NCBI GenBank assembly: GCA_054600435.1
Contig: BAAIJX010000063.1
Coordinates: 62,001 to 118,636 of the forward strand
Direction: 5' to 3'
Length of the DNA: 56,636 nucleotides
Origin: Neophaeotheca triangularis
Lineage: Eukaryota
The notes beneath the pieces are model-generated. The model searched no databases and was not told where the DNA came from. It worked only from the letters and a program-made list of their open reading frames with translations. Shown piece after piece: positions 38,030-50,294 of the stretch. Each line of letters starts with the position of its first letter. The stretch's first letter is position 1. The position numbers were made by a program, and so were the translations under genes.

Positions 38030-40865
38030 ATGGACGAGCGGGATTTTCTTCCTAGGCACATGGTCCAGCTGAGGCTGATCGATGGCAAAGAGCTCAAATG
38101 CGAACTGTCAGGCTTCTCTGCCTCGACCTGCTGGTATGAGCGCAATCTTGACGAGGTATTGGGAAACAAAGGCGGACACTTCACTGTCTTCCGTGAAAAT
38201 TTTTCGAAGTCTGCTCAAGACGTCAGGCTTGAAGGCAACGTTCTCAAGGCACAGTTACGAACCCGAGATGGCAGTTGGAGAGAGGATCAAGTAGAGATTA
38301 GGGTGGCACGGGTACCCAAGGCTGCCGCAAAGACTTTCACGCTCGCTTTCGGCATACGGGATGTCTTCTACCCCGTCCCTTCCTGCGTGTGTCATGCTAC
38401 ACGTCAATATCCATTGCTCGAACAAGGCCCAAAAGACGACTGCCGCAATCTGAGAATCTCTCAATGCGGCCGCTTCATCATAGCTCTCTGCAAGCAAACT
38501 GACGGCCATTACCGTGCCTCGTATATCGCATTGAACAGATTGTTGGCTAGTGAAGGCTTCACATTCGACGACCGCCACAGATTTAACAGTGAATGTGATC
38601 ATAGGCCAACAATTTCACATCTCACTATATACGCTGGGCTAGTGGGTCCCGACGGTGATACGCAACTATCTGCGCTCGACCTACGCAAGTACCTTGGCTG
38701 TCGTGACGGTCGCCTGGTAGCTCTTGCCGAAGACGAGCCAAAAGACAGCGACATGACATTGGCAGCCGCAAGAAACAATGAAGAAGCCACGGCACCGATG
38801 GACTCGGTGACACCAATCTATACGCCCCTCGAAAACAAGGGAATGATCCGAGTTTGCGAAATTGCTAGAGGTAAATGGGATGACCCAATCTCTTGTCGAT
38901 TGAAATGTCGGGCACTGGACGGAGCAGAGCCATACACCTGCCTTTCGTACACCTGGGGTTCCATGGCCAATAGCTGTTCAATCACACTCAACCAACATCC
39001 TTTCAGCATTGGGCGCAACCTGTTTCGCCTCTTGAGACGTCTACGTTGCAGAGGGGCGGTTTCCATCTGGATCGATGCACTGTGTATAGACCAGTCCAAT
39101 CATGCTGAGAAGTCAGTGCAAGTCGCGCAAATGGGTGCCATCTACTCGAAAGCGGAGAAGGTTTTTATCTGGCTTGGAGAAGACTGTGAGGGCGAGGGTA
39201 CAGAAGACCCTTCAGTATACCACCCTCAGTGCGGCCATACAGACTCTTCCAACATTCCCAAATTCGATTTCGTACTGTTGACAACGATGTTTGAGTACAT
39301 TGCTGCTGGCTGTCACTATTACGAGATCCCTGGGATTTTTCATCTGTTGCCCGACGGCCTAGCCTGTTGCAATCCCAGGAGAGCGATCCAATCCCTGTCA
39401 CTTGCGTTGCACCGCTTTTACGAATCACAATGGTGAGTGCAACTCCGGAGTCCAAAGCAACCGGTCTTAGTATCGCTGCTTCTAACACATACATCGCAGG
39501 TTCTCGCGCACGTGGACCATACAAGAGCTTGCGCTCCAGCCTAACGCAGAGGTACTTATAGGGGGTTCGTCTGTACGCTGGAGTACTATAAACGATGTTC
39601 GATGTGCGTTGAAACTTCACCACACGGGCTGTTGTGGCGTCTTTGGGGATGCTTCCGGATCGAGCAACAATTTCTCGCGGGAGACGGAAATTGTGGAAAA
39701 ATTGCTGCGACTTAGGTTCAAGTTTGACGAATTGGACTGGTTCGGTGTCGCGAGAGGCCTACTTGCAGATCTCAGTCGTCCATCCGAGGCCAGGTTACGC
39801 TATCTCACTTGGCTTATAGACCGTGGCTCCAGACAGTGCGCGTCGGATCCTCGCGACAAGATTTTTGCTTTCTTCGGCATTGGCGGACCAACTTTTGAGG
39901 GTTTTACGCCCAGCTACAATGCCACTGCCGTAGAATGCTACAAGAGCTTCACACTATGGTTAATCCAGGGAACACGATCTCTAGATGTTTGGGACTTCTT
40001 GGCTTTTGACGCCAACAAAGGCCGAAATCCAGATCTTCGAGGCTTACCTTCGTGGGCGATAGACTGGACACTTCAAGGCAGACGCGCAGTGGTCAAAGAA
40101 CAGCCTTATAGAACAGACAAATTGTCACTGAACTGCGCACCTGGCGTAGCAGCGACGGCAGACGTCCAGGCCGATGGAACCCTCGCGGTTCGAGGCATCC
40201 ACATAGACAGTGTCCACCTTGTTAGCACGCGCAGCTGGTCTGATAGAAGTCAACGAAACGAGCTTCCTCTCGTTATACTCGAGTGGACGGAATTCGCGAC
40301 TTCAACGCAAGCTCTTGGTCACGAGACCGGAGCCTACACTAGCGCAATGGATGCTTTGTTCAGGGTTGCGACCAGTGATAGTATACCGTTGAAGAAAGGT
40401 TTGGTCGGGAACTTACCTACTGGTGATTCCAGCAAGTGGCGACGAGCTGCTGCTGAGGATCGTGCAACGTGGTCAGAATGGGCGTCGCGTCTCCAAGATG
40501 ATGCATGGTTGAACAACGAGTCAAAAAATGGAGGAGCGCACACTCTACATCCGAAAAGGACTGACCATGACGAGACGCCTGATTGGCAAATTGAAGACGC
40601 GGTCAGCGTCGCTGCCGAAAACCGCAGACTGTTCGCAACGGAAGGCTCACGTTTAGGGCTTGGGGCCCTTTGCATAGAGCCTGGCGATGAGATCTTCCTC
40701 CTACAAGGCGCGAGCAATCCCTATGTTCTCAGAGAGAGCAGCGACAAGAAGCATTCTTCAGGTCAAAAGACTTATGCCATCGTCGGAGCTTGTTATGTTG
40801 ATGGGGTGATGGACGGGGAGCTGAAGGACATGCTCGAGTCTGCGGATACAGTCTATCTGTGCTAG
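38030..40865 (+). CDS. CVNH-CVNH-HET fusion protein (~922 aa), 2 exons (intron 39433-39499)
   Basis: N-terminal CVNH-like NLDEVLGNKGGHF...NFSKSAQDVRLEGNVLKAQLRTRDGSW, then a second degenerate copy ending LDLRKYLGCRDGRL. HET motifs YTCLSYTWG, IWIDALCIDQ..EKSVQVAQMGAIYSKA and W|FSRTWTIQE. HET-6-like tail DPRDKIFA, LPSWAIDW and VGACYVDGVMDGE. Confidence 0.88.
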
Positions 40866-41125
40866 AAGGTATGGTCAACACGACTGGATGAGATCCGCCA
40901 TGTTCGTCTCTAATGGATGCTGCAAAATCAGATACTTCTTTGTACTAGCTTTATCACAGAACGTTGAAATCTTGAGGAGCCAGCCCCAATCTCTTATTCC
41001 AAGAAACTACTTGTCTACCACACTGCTGCCCATTTCCATGTAGGTAACAGCAGCTATTGACAAGGAATTCCAAGCACGCTCAAACTGCCTCCCTTCACGC
41101 GACCCCGACATCTGTAAAGCTGAGG

Positions 41126-42385
41126 CTAAGCTTCCACAGTCACATACTCAACGCCGCATTCCACATCCCCCGTAGCTCCCGCAGCAGCCGGCGTTGTCAG
41201 TGTCTGGAACCCGCTCGAGGGCTGCGAGATCTCCCACTCGTTGGCAACGTCTTCCAACTCGTCGACTGGGGCGGTAGGCTGAGGTCCCCACGGCGCTTGC
41301 TCAACCGGTGGCGAGGGAGCTGAAGGTGGAGTAGGCTGCCACTGTTCGGCGACAGGGTCGGTGGATTCGATGGGCGTTTCGTCGCCTTCGGTGGGAGAGG
41401 TTGTGTCCCAGTCATTGAAAGCGGTGGTGGGTTCGGTGGCATCGGAATCGGTCTGTTCCTCTGGCTCTGTAAAGCCAGGCACCGCGGCCGCTTGTTCAGC
41501 TTCAAGAGCAGACCCCGCGCTAGGGGTGAAAAACTGCTCCCAGAACGTCCAAGTCTCCTCAGGCGCCCAAGGACCAGGGTAAGCATCATGATCGCCGCCC
41601 CAGGTAATGAATGTCACAGGCTCGACGGCGCACGTGTACTCTGTTTTCACGTAGTCGGATGAGCCTGGGGCTGGGGTTGGCAGTTCTTCGCCCGTGCAGT
41701 CGTTGTTGCTGAGGAAGGTGTTGCGGAGTTCGCGGCCGCGGTCGAGGGGCAGGATGTCGTCCGTCACGCCGTGGATACCGAGGTAGGGAACGGCGTCGTT
41801 GCCGGCGCTGCAACCGCTGAGGAGGGCGCCTGCTAGGACTGCTACGGCTGTGAAAGTGTCTGCATAATGGTGATCATTAGCGATTGATAGTTTGACTGGG
41901 GTTGAGTGGAGATGTTTTATACCCGCGCGGTCGCAAGCAACGGCGTAAGTCATAGCGCCACCGTACGAGAAGCCCGTGGCAAAGCGCTGTGACTGATCCA
42001 CGCACAGCTCTGCCTCGACTTCCTCGATGATCTGGTCGGTGAAGAGCAAGTCTTCGCCGTCGACATTGGCCCAGCCGGCGTCCAAACCGTTTGGTGCGAC
42101 GAAGATCGCTGAGCCAGCTGCGTGCTCTTCGAGCCCGTAATGGTTGGCGCCCACGACCATGTCCATGTTGCCATCCAGCCAGTGGTAGTTGATGATGAGT
42201 TTGTGCTGAGTGGTTGGGTCGTAAGTCTCTGGGATTGTGACCGTATATTCGCGAGTTTGGCCGTTGACTTCGGTCGTGCGGAGGCCGCTGGGGGATGGGT
42301 TGGTGTTACTGCAGCCGGGCGATTGGGCCAGGGTTGCTGGGATTACGGCCGCCGGGGCTCTAAGGGTGGCGAAGAGAGAAGGCAT
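41126..42385 (-). CDS. CE1-like feruloyl/acetyl esterase with a Pro/Thr/Glu-rich tail; probable in-frame intron 41860-41922
   Basis: SPGC...REYTVTIPETYD, AIFVAPNGL, LCVDQSQRFATGFSYGGAM (GxSxG), GIHGVTDDIL and GGDH. Confidence 0.85.
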   Translation of the reverse strand: MPSLFATLRAPAAVIPATLAQSPGCSNTNPSPSGLRTTEVNGQTREYTVTIPETYDPTTQHKLIINYHWLDGNMDMVVGANHYGLEEHAAGSAIFVAPNGLDAGWANVDGEDLLFTDQIIEEVEAELCVDQSQRFATGFSYGGAMTYAVACDRAGIKHLHSTPVKLSIANDHHYADTFTAVAVLAGALLSGCSAGNDAVPYLGIHGVTDDILPLDRGRELRNTFLSNNDCTGEELPTPAPGSSDYVKTEYTCAVEPVTFITWGGDHDAYPGPWAPEETWTFWEQFFTPSAGSALEAEQAAAVPGFTEPEEQTDSDATEPTTAFNDWDTTSPTEGDETPIESTDPVAEQWQPTPPSAPSPPVEQAPWGPQPTAPVDELEDVANEWEISQPSSGFQTLTTPAAAGATGDVECGVEYVTVEA

Positions 42386-43570
42386 GTCTGTTGAAGGATA
42401 GGCACAGCCTGGTTGTTTGAAGGGAATATGGAGCAAGAAACAAAGGGTTCGAGTTGTCTGGGAGGGGAAGTTCGGAGTCGAGTCTCGGGGGGAACTCCCT
42501 TCCAACGCGTCCTTACCTCGCGCAAGGAGAAGGACTTTTAACTGGTCTAACCTACTCGCTTGCATTGTACCATGTCACATTTTTATGCTCATCGACCGAT
42601 GACAACACCCTTGTTGGCGTTCGGGGTTTTAAAGGGGAAGCGAAGGGGCAACTTGTACTGGAACCTTGACAGACAACAGATAGTCGCTCAATGAGCTAGC
42701 AGCCAGCTTCCTGCTGACCTACAGGTAAATACATCAATCCCAGACGTGGTCCGTTCACTGATTGTCAAGCGTGTCGAACAGTAGTATGATCTGCACCGTG
42801 TGCTAGGCGGCTCATGCACGGTTGTCGGTAGGCTTAAGGAGCTGGGGGCATTCGGTTCTTCCACGTGTGTCGCGCTTGGAACCACATAGATACGAGCTGC
42901 CTGTGTATCGAGTTTAGTAGTGTGGACGTGTCGTGGGCTGCTGTATCAGTTGACGTTGCTCCTCATTCACTCGGAGCTGCGCCACATGAGGTCGGCATCA
43001 TCGAGGGCGGTCCGACGGGGGCTCCTGAGGTCCCGAGGTCGCCCCGAAAGCCATCCTGCTGACATCAGCCCCATCAGCCTTACAACCCCACCCAACACCC
43101 AATGAGGTAAGTCCTGCACTCGAGCCATCGCAGCCCAAGCAAACATCCAACCGAGCACTCCCGGGGAGTTGTGATTCTTCGCGAAGCTGTCCTATTGAAC
43201 GTAACAAACCTCTGGGACAATCGAGAAAACTACACTCTCAACGTCAGTTACTTTACGCTGTCCCCAGTCACTCGTTGCGCTTCGAACACACGACAAAGTC
43301 AGCCTCCGCCTCCGCCTGAACAGCAACAACCCCTCGCCAAGCGTACCGAGACCTCGCCTGCACGCCCAGCTCTTTACCTCTCACACTCGCTAGAAAGAGA
43401 CCCCCCTTGGAGAGCGCTAACTAGCTGTGACTGCTGAGCGATCGCTACGAACGGCCACTTTCGCACTGAACACTTACACACCACATCCCAACGCGACAAC
43501 CTCAATCTGATCAAAACTCCTCCAAAGCAGCGGCTCGGCCGCCGACAACAAGCAGCTTCAGGCTACAACC

Positions 43571-45529
43571 ATGGAATCTCCCGAGATTGTGCGCGTCCGG
43601 CGCAAAGACACGACCAAAGGCCCGCCCCTGCGCATCCTGTCGCTCGACGGTGGTGGCGTGCGCGGCTACTCCATGCTCATTATCCTGCAAGAGCTGATGC
43701 ACCGAACCTTTGTGGAGATCGAAGGCCGTGCGCCTAAGCGCCATGAAATCCCCAAACCTTGCGAGCACTTTGACCTCATAGCCGGCACTGGGACGGGGGG
43801 CTTAATCGCGATCATGCTGGGTAGGTTGCGGCTGGACATTGATACTTGCAAAGATGTGTATGTGCGCATGACTAGGAGGGTTTTCGAAACGGACAAGACG
43901 TTTGCTGGAATTCCGTATAGAAGTACGCTGTTCAAGGCGAGCAAGCTGGAGGAGGCCATCAGGGAGTGCGTGAGGGAGCATACTGTTTTCGAGGACGAGG
44001 GGAATGATACGTTAGCGAATGCGACGCCCATGAGTCCGGAGACGCCCGGGAGCGCGGGCACGGGAAGCAGTGGTGTGCCGCAGCGATCCATGAGCCAGAC
44101 GAGCAGGTACAGTCAGGTTGGTATGAGTCCGATGGGCGGGGGAAGGCCGATGTTTGGGAGCATGCGGTTTGGAAATCCGAATGCGCTGCTATATGACACG
44201 AGGGAACATCGCACGAAGACGGCAGTGACAGCACTGTACAAGGGTACGCCGAGAGATGCGCCTGCGGCATTTTTGCGTTCGTATGATTCGCGTAAAGAGC
44301 CGGCGCCGGATGTCAACTGCAAGATTTGGGAGGCTGGAAGAGCGACTTGTGCGACTGGCATGGCTTTCAAGCCGATACAGGTTGGACAGTCGGTGTACAT
44401 TGATGAGGGCCCGGGAAGGTACAATCCGGCACCGCAGGTTTTGGACGAGGCCGCGCAGAATGAATGGCCGGGGAGGGAAGTAGGGGTGTTTGTGAGTGTT
44501 GGGACTGGAAAGCCGCCTCAAAGGACTGGATCGCAACAGCCGGAATGGTGGGAGAGCTTCCTCGGAGACAACATGGGGAGTTTTGCGGAAGCAAGAAGAC
44601 GGCTGGCGTCGAAGATTGAAGGCTGCGAAGGCACCCACCAGTACATGAAGAGAGAACACTTGGGCTCACGAGGCGTCAACGCAGAGAACTACTACCGCCT
44701 CAACGCAGAAGTCGGTGTTGGTGATTTTGGCATGAACGAATGGAACAGACTCTCCGACATCAGCACCAACACGCGCATGTACCTAGGCCGCAAGGACGTC
44801 GAGGCCATCAACCTTGGCGCATCGGCCAAGCTTGCGAAAATCCATTTCGCGAAAGCGCGCTACGAGCGTGCAGAAACCCGCAGAGCAGCGGGTACAGATG
44901 GTCCGCAATATCAAAACCCTACCAATCCATGGGACAGACCGCTTCCTGCCGCACCCCCGCCATCCAACCCCATGGCCGTCGAACTCCCCGGCGACGACAT
45001 GTACCTACAGACCGAAAGCTTCCGCCCAGGCTCGCAGCTCAGTAACAACGCAAACTCCGGCCGCTACTCCTACGAGCATCGCCCCAGCGTCGTCGACCAG
45101 AAATATGTCGTAGTCGGCGAAGACCACGCACCCGACCCACCGCAAACACCGCCGCAGCAGCCCGCCTACCCGCAACAACAGCAGCAAACCCGTCCCTATT
45201 CCCCAAGCTCCCCGTCCCACTACCTCTCCCGCTCCCACGGCACCCAGAACTCCTCAAACTCCATCCCGCCGCTCCAACCGCACTCGCCCCGCCACAGCGT
45301 CGATTCTTACCAACAGCAACCGACTTCCCCTCCGCCTCTGCCGCCCAAGACCCCGCTTCCCTACCCCGACGACGACGCTTACGGCGGCGCTCCTCATCCC
45401 GCCGATGGCAATGGTGGGCCCAGGACTTTCACGCACATGGGGAGTTTAGGTCGTCGACTGCCGTATCCGGATGTCGAGGGCCCGCCGCCTGCGGTCAATG
45501 TTGGGAGCAAACCAACCATGACGCGGTAA
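43571..45529 (+). CDS. Patatin-like (iPLA2-gamma-like) protein lacking the nucleophile Ser, Pro-rich tail
   Basis: LRILSLDGGGVRG, FDLIAGTGTGGLIAIMLGRL, IWEAGRATCA, YIDEG, FVSVGTG and YYRLN; intronless 652-aa ORF. Confidence 0.9.
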   Translation: MESPEIVRVRRKDTTKGPPLRILSLDGGGVRGYSMLIILQELMHRTFVEIEGRAPKRHEIPKPCEHFDLIAGTGTGGLIAIMLGRLRLDIDTCKDVYVRMTRRVFETDKTFAGIPYRSTLFKASKLEEAIRECVREHTVFEDEGNDTLANATPMSPETPGSAGTGSSGVPQRSMSQTSRYSQVGMSPMGGGRPMFGSMRFGNPNALLYDTREHRTKTAVTALYKGTPRDAPAAFLRSYDSRKEPAPDVNCKIWEAGRATCATGMAFKPIQVGQSVYIDEGPGRYNPAPQVLDEAAQNEWPGREVGVFVSVGTGKPPQRTGSQQPEWWESFLGDNMGSFAEARRRLASKIEGCEGTHQYMKREHLGSRGVNAENYYRLNAEVGVGDFGMNEWNRLSDISTNTRMYLGRKDVEAINLGASAKLAKIHFAKARYERAETRRAAGTDGPQYQNPTNPWDRPLPAAPPPSNPMAVELPGDDMYLQTESFRPGSQLSNNANSGRYSYEHRPSVVDQKYVVVGEDHAPDPPQTPPQQPAYPQQQQQTRPYSPSSPSHYLSRSHGTQNSSNSIPPLQPHSPRHSVDSYQQQPTSPPPLPPKTPLPYPDDDAYGGAPHPADGNGGPRTFTHMGSLGRRLPYPDVEGPPPAVNVGSKPTMTR

Positions 45530-45963
45530 AAGACTTGCGCACGGGTATTCAGATAGCATTGGCGAATGCGAGGCGTTGTTCATGGCTTTCTTATTGGGGT
45601 TCAGGCTGCGATGAGGTTTGAAGCTTCACGGAGAGCCATGATATATGATACCATGATGTTAGTTGCATGTACGCATGTAGGATTTGCATATTGACGTTTT
45701 TACAATGTTTGGGCTTCAAGGTCACTTCTGTCCGCTCTGAGTTGTATTCGCTTCTCGTTGCTCATTCGCTGGTTCGCTAGCACGACGAGCTTCTACCTCA
45801 GATGACAGGCCCCAGAAGTGTGCCGATGGATGTCCTACAGCAACACGCCCCAAGCGAGTCCTCGGTAAGCTTAGGAAAACTAGAAATCGCACAATAGCTT
45901 TTCCACTCTCGATTCCCCGACCGCTTCCAATGATTGAATGCCGACCTCGATGGTCCAACGCCT

Positions 45964-47725
45964 TCACTTGCTCCCAGAGTCCTTCTGCGCCAGAAACCCC
46001 ATGACAGCATACCAGAGTGAAAATGCGACAGCGCAGCCGCCCAGTCCTACCGACACCCACATGGCGGCCCTGTAGCCTGCGAGCAAATCGTTTTGTCCCA
46101 CATATACTTCCACCGTGCCTGCGATACCGATGCCGATGGCGATGGAGTACTGGAATGGTCAACTTCGGTCACCCTACACGCCGCGCGCTCCCGGCCATGG
46201 AAAGGAATTGGCGTGCCGCGTCCCGATTTTGCGTGACTTACATTTACGACTGTGTTGACGACCGAGGCGGAAACGCCCTGATGCTCGCGAGGCACAGAGT
46301 TGCTCAGGATTGTAGCCGAGGCGGGGAATGAGATGTCCATGCTGCTCTAGTGGTCAGCGAATGACCGGAGCTGGTGACTTGAGAGTTCTGCTTACCCCCA
46401 AGCCTCGATGATGAAGCTCCAGAAGATGTTGTGCCAGTACGACTGCTTCACGGGGGCGGTGGCGAGGAGTAGACAGCCCGCGAGGAAGGCGAAACATGCT
46501 AGCACCATCAACCATGCCGGCGTCATGCTCCGCAACATCCAGGCTGTGCAGATGGCCGCAGCGATGCCGGACAGAGCCCCGGGAATGAACTGGACGGCTG
46601 ACTCGAGTGCCGAGACTGAGCGGATGCGCTGGAGAAACTGGAAGAGCTGTGAATCAGGTTTGTCAGTGATTACCATGCACTTTGTGTGGACGTAGACATA
46701 CGTAGTAGAACCAGACGCTGAAGGAGGCCCAGCCCAGGCCTGTAGACGCGAGCACCATGTAGGAGTCTCTGTTGAAGATGGAGAGGTCCAGTATTGGTTG
46801 CTTCGCCCTGCGTTCTTGAGCCACGAACAAGCCGAGAAACACAAAGCCAAGGATCAACAGTACGTAAACGTAGGGAGGGTCCCAACCGTCAATGGGCGCC
46901 TGGATCCAGCTGCATATCTGTTAGCCAAAGGGTGGACGTCCGCTCGTGAGATGAAACCAACCTAGCGTTCAACAAGAGCAAGCCGGCAACCCCAAGCAGG
47001 GCGCCTAAAAAGTCAAAAGTCTGCAGCGGCAGAGTCATATTACGTTCATCTGGAGGCAGAACCAACCAACTAGTCAGGGCAACGACGCCGCAGCCAGCGC
47101 AGTAGACCCACATGACCCAAGGCCACCACACATACTGAGCAAAGGCCGAAGCGATAAGCCCACCCACGCAACAACCCAGCGGAGCCGTGAGAGCGTAGAT
47201 TGAAAACACAATATTTTTCCGCATCCCTGGGGGGTAGATCCGACCGGCAATCGCCAGCGAGTTCGGCAACAGGATAGCAGGCCCTATTCCTTGAAAAGCT
47301 CTGGCAATATCGAAGAAGATTGGCGAAGCTGTGAACGCAGCGCAGCCGCCGATGAGGCCCCAGACCGCGAACCACACCCATCCGAGTATCAAGAGCTTTT
47401 TTGAGCCATAAATGTCGCCCAGTCGCCCCGCTGGTAAGATGAAGGTGCCGGCGGTTAGGCTGTAAGCTGAGACGTGCCAGGCGAGTTCAGGCATCTTGCT
47501 CGTGGACTGATTGAAGGTCTGCCCGACGATGGGAAGCGGGATTAGAATGTAACCGTAGCAGCCTTGGACGAAGAGTTCGGTTGAACACAGGACGGTGATG
47601 ATCAGGGCCTCCCTAGCAAGGCTGTGGCGGACTTGCCTGGGAGCTTGCTGTGGGAGCTCCGGTGAAACATTGGGACTTTTAGGTGCAAGTTCCGCATCTT
47701 CTGCGGCGTTGGTCATCAGTGCCAT
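45964..47725 (-). CDS. MFS drug transporter (Atr1/aminotriazole-resistance-like), 5 exons
   Basis: AYSLTAGTFILPAGRLGDIYG, ARAFQGIGPAILLPN, WWPW, and WG|MDISFPASATILSNSVPREHQGVSASVVNTVVN|YSIAIG after splicing. Confidence 0.9.
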
Positions 47726-48297
47726 GGCTTTTCAAAGGTGAAGACTAGAAAGAGATTGTAAAGAAAGGATGCTTCCAAACCAGAGCAATCATTTGTGGGC
47801 GTACAAGACGCTTTATGTCGCTACCGCACGTCCTCCTAAAGGCTTCGCCGTGCTCAAAAGGCGGTTTTCCTTTTCAAGACCGTATCGAGTCATGGTGAAG
47901 AAGAACAACTTCCTATAAAGGAGTGTGGTGTCAAGACCTCTTTCGAGATAAGAGGTTTGCTTTCACCAGGATTCTCGAAAGCAGTGCCCCATGTTAGAGC
48001 CTAGAGATGTCACGCTATACCCAATATGGTGATAGGTCTTATGTCTTGACTAGTGCTTTGGTGAGCTCTCCCGGACGTCAGGAAGTCCATTATTCCTGTC
48101 TCCTGCCACCCCTTCATGGCGAGCGGATTCTCAAAAGCGTCATGTTGCTGTCAGGTTCAGGTTGGTTGCCTTGATAGGTAGACCGGAAGAGATTCCGAGT
48201 CATCAAATTCCCCGCCGAAACTTGCACCCCGATGACCTTGTGATGCTGTAGAGCTTCACCCTCTCAAACTCCCGACGCTTCGGCGTAGGGCTTCACC

Positions 48298-49903
48298 ATG
48301 CAACTGGATGATGACAGCGGCAAATATGCCTTTGTTGTAATGACGAAAGCATCCAAACCGGACGCCAAAGGAAGGACACTGATGCGAAAACACGTGATGA
48401 AACCACACGGCAAAGCAAGACGCAAGCCTAGGTCGGTTGCCATAGGCACCTCCGACGAAAGATACGATGGTCTCAAAACCCCATCTGCCCCCCACTCGAG
48501 CCAGGCGCCATCTTCACTCAGCTCGTCCGACAAAATCTACCAGACCGTGGGCACTCCAGCTAGCGACACCAGCTCGCGGATTTGCTCCTCTCATGCTGGG
48601 TCTGTGTCTGTGTCGGAAGGTCCGAAGAACCTTGCCACATGGGAATCAAGTCCATGGCCGGCGCCTCAAGCTTGGCACCCCGAAAGCTCTATCTGTCGCT
48701 CATTCTCAATCTATCCCGTACGCATGAACTCATGGGCATACGAAGCAGTAGACCACAGTCAGTAGGGGTATCACAGCAGCAAGAGCTTCAACTCACAATC
48801 TCGCAGTGCTTCGTCGACCTCTGTTGCCACCTCGTCTGGTCATATATCGCATGGTTTGGTTTCCGCTCGCCCTTACCGACCCGGCCGCCTTTCGCCAGGT
48901 CCTCGCTAGTTATGCCACTCATCGGTACGCCGTGGAAAGTGTGACGCCAGAGAAGACGATGCATGCGGTTCTCGAAAGTAACTCGCAGGCAATGCGCTCC
49001 GTCCGAGAACGAATTGGGACCAAACCCACGAGCTGCGACTTGAGCGGTTTGATATGCGCCATGACGGCGATGGCCTGTCATGCTCATCTAAACGGCGACC
49101 TTTGGCAGTGGAAGAATCATTTGAAAGCGATTCGTTGTGTACTCGAGCCGCTTGGTGGGCTAGATACACACATGCTGTCCGCACAACTGCGCAAGCTGGT
49201 GCAATGGGTCGAAATCATTGGGTGCTACGTGCTTGATGAAGCGCCAGTGCTGGCACTTCCTCTGCGGATTCCCACCGAAGCTTGTTCTAGCCAGCGGCGC
49301 GGCTCGCCCAGACGCTTGACAGGAGCTCTCATTACCTCCCTCCCGCCAACCTCGGACCTACAACTCACCGTGGGAGCTGTCATAATGCTCACTGACGTTG
49401 AGTCAACCAGCAGCGACCACAGACAAGCGGAATGGAACTATGACTCTGCGCTACACGACCGCATCAATCGCATCGTTTGTTCGCTGCTCTGCTTTGGGAA
49501 TCCGGCCACGCAGAACATAGGGCTCGACCTCCAAGAACACTTAATCCGCACGGGTGCGTTGCTCTACTTAGCTGAGTTCCGACGGCATTGCGGGGATGCG
49601 CCCGTGACTACAAGCACTCATGTTGAGCAGCTACGCCGTCTTTTGTCCCGGCTCGGAGTGGGACCAAGTTCTTCTTATAACCCGTCTTTAGAGCTGTGGT
49701 TAACTGTCTTGGGGGCTCTAGAGGCTATGTCAATGGTGCACAAGAGCATGTTTGAAGGCAGACTGGCAGTGCTGCTTGCGCTTCGTAGTTTCTCTGAAGT
49801 GGAGCAACTCGAGGCTGAACTCGGCACGGTTGTTTGGCACGGCAGGCTGTACGCGAAATCTTTGAGAGCTTTGTTTAGAAAATGTTCTGCCTGCACAGGG
49901 TGA
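48298..49903 (+). CDS. Fungal-specific transcription-factor-domain protein without a Zn2Cys6 cluster, 2 exons (intron 48758-48806)
   Basis: N-terminal FVV.....R..MRKHVM motif, WFPLALTDPAAFRQVL, WKNHLKAI and LELWLTVLGA; Fungal_trans_2-like by recognition. Confidence 0.7.
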
Positions 49904-50294
49904 TTGTGTGGAAGCCAGCGCTTTGCCTACCATGAAGATGTGGACAGGAGTAGATTTTGATCTTGCTGTAGGAGACTTCGGAGAAGACTCGATGCTGCCT
50001 ACTAGGGTCTCTCTGCATTACCTGAGCATCCTACTGGTAGTTCGATAGCGGTTTGCATTTTACAAGCTATTGTGCCTCCCGTACTCGGTATGGCGTGTAG
50101 GGGCACTGTATGGACCCTACGAGTTTCATTCGAAGACGATTGATTAATATCTCACGCTCGCGATCGGCCGACACCTTTCTGCGACGATCACGTCGAGTAG
50201 CGAAGTGTTTTTTTTTTTTTTTTGTACGGTGTGTTATCAAGTTTGGAGCGTGCAGTCGGGATGTATCTACACTGGGTCTTGGCACGGATCAGGC

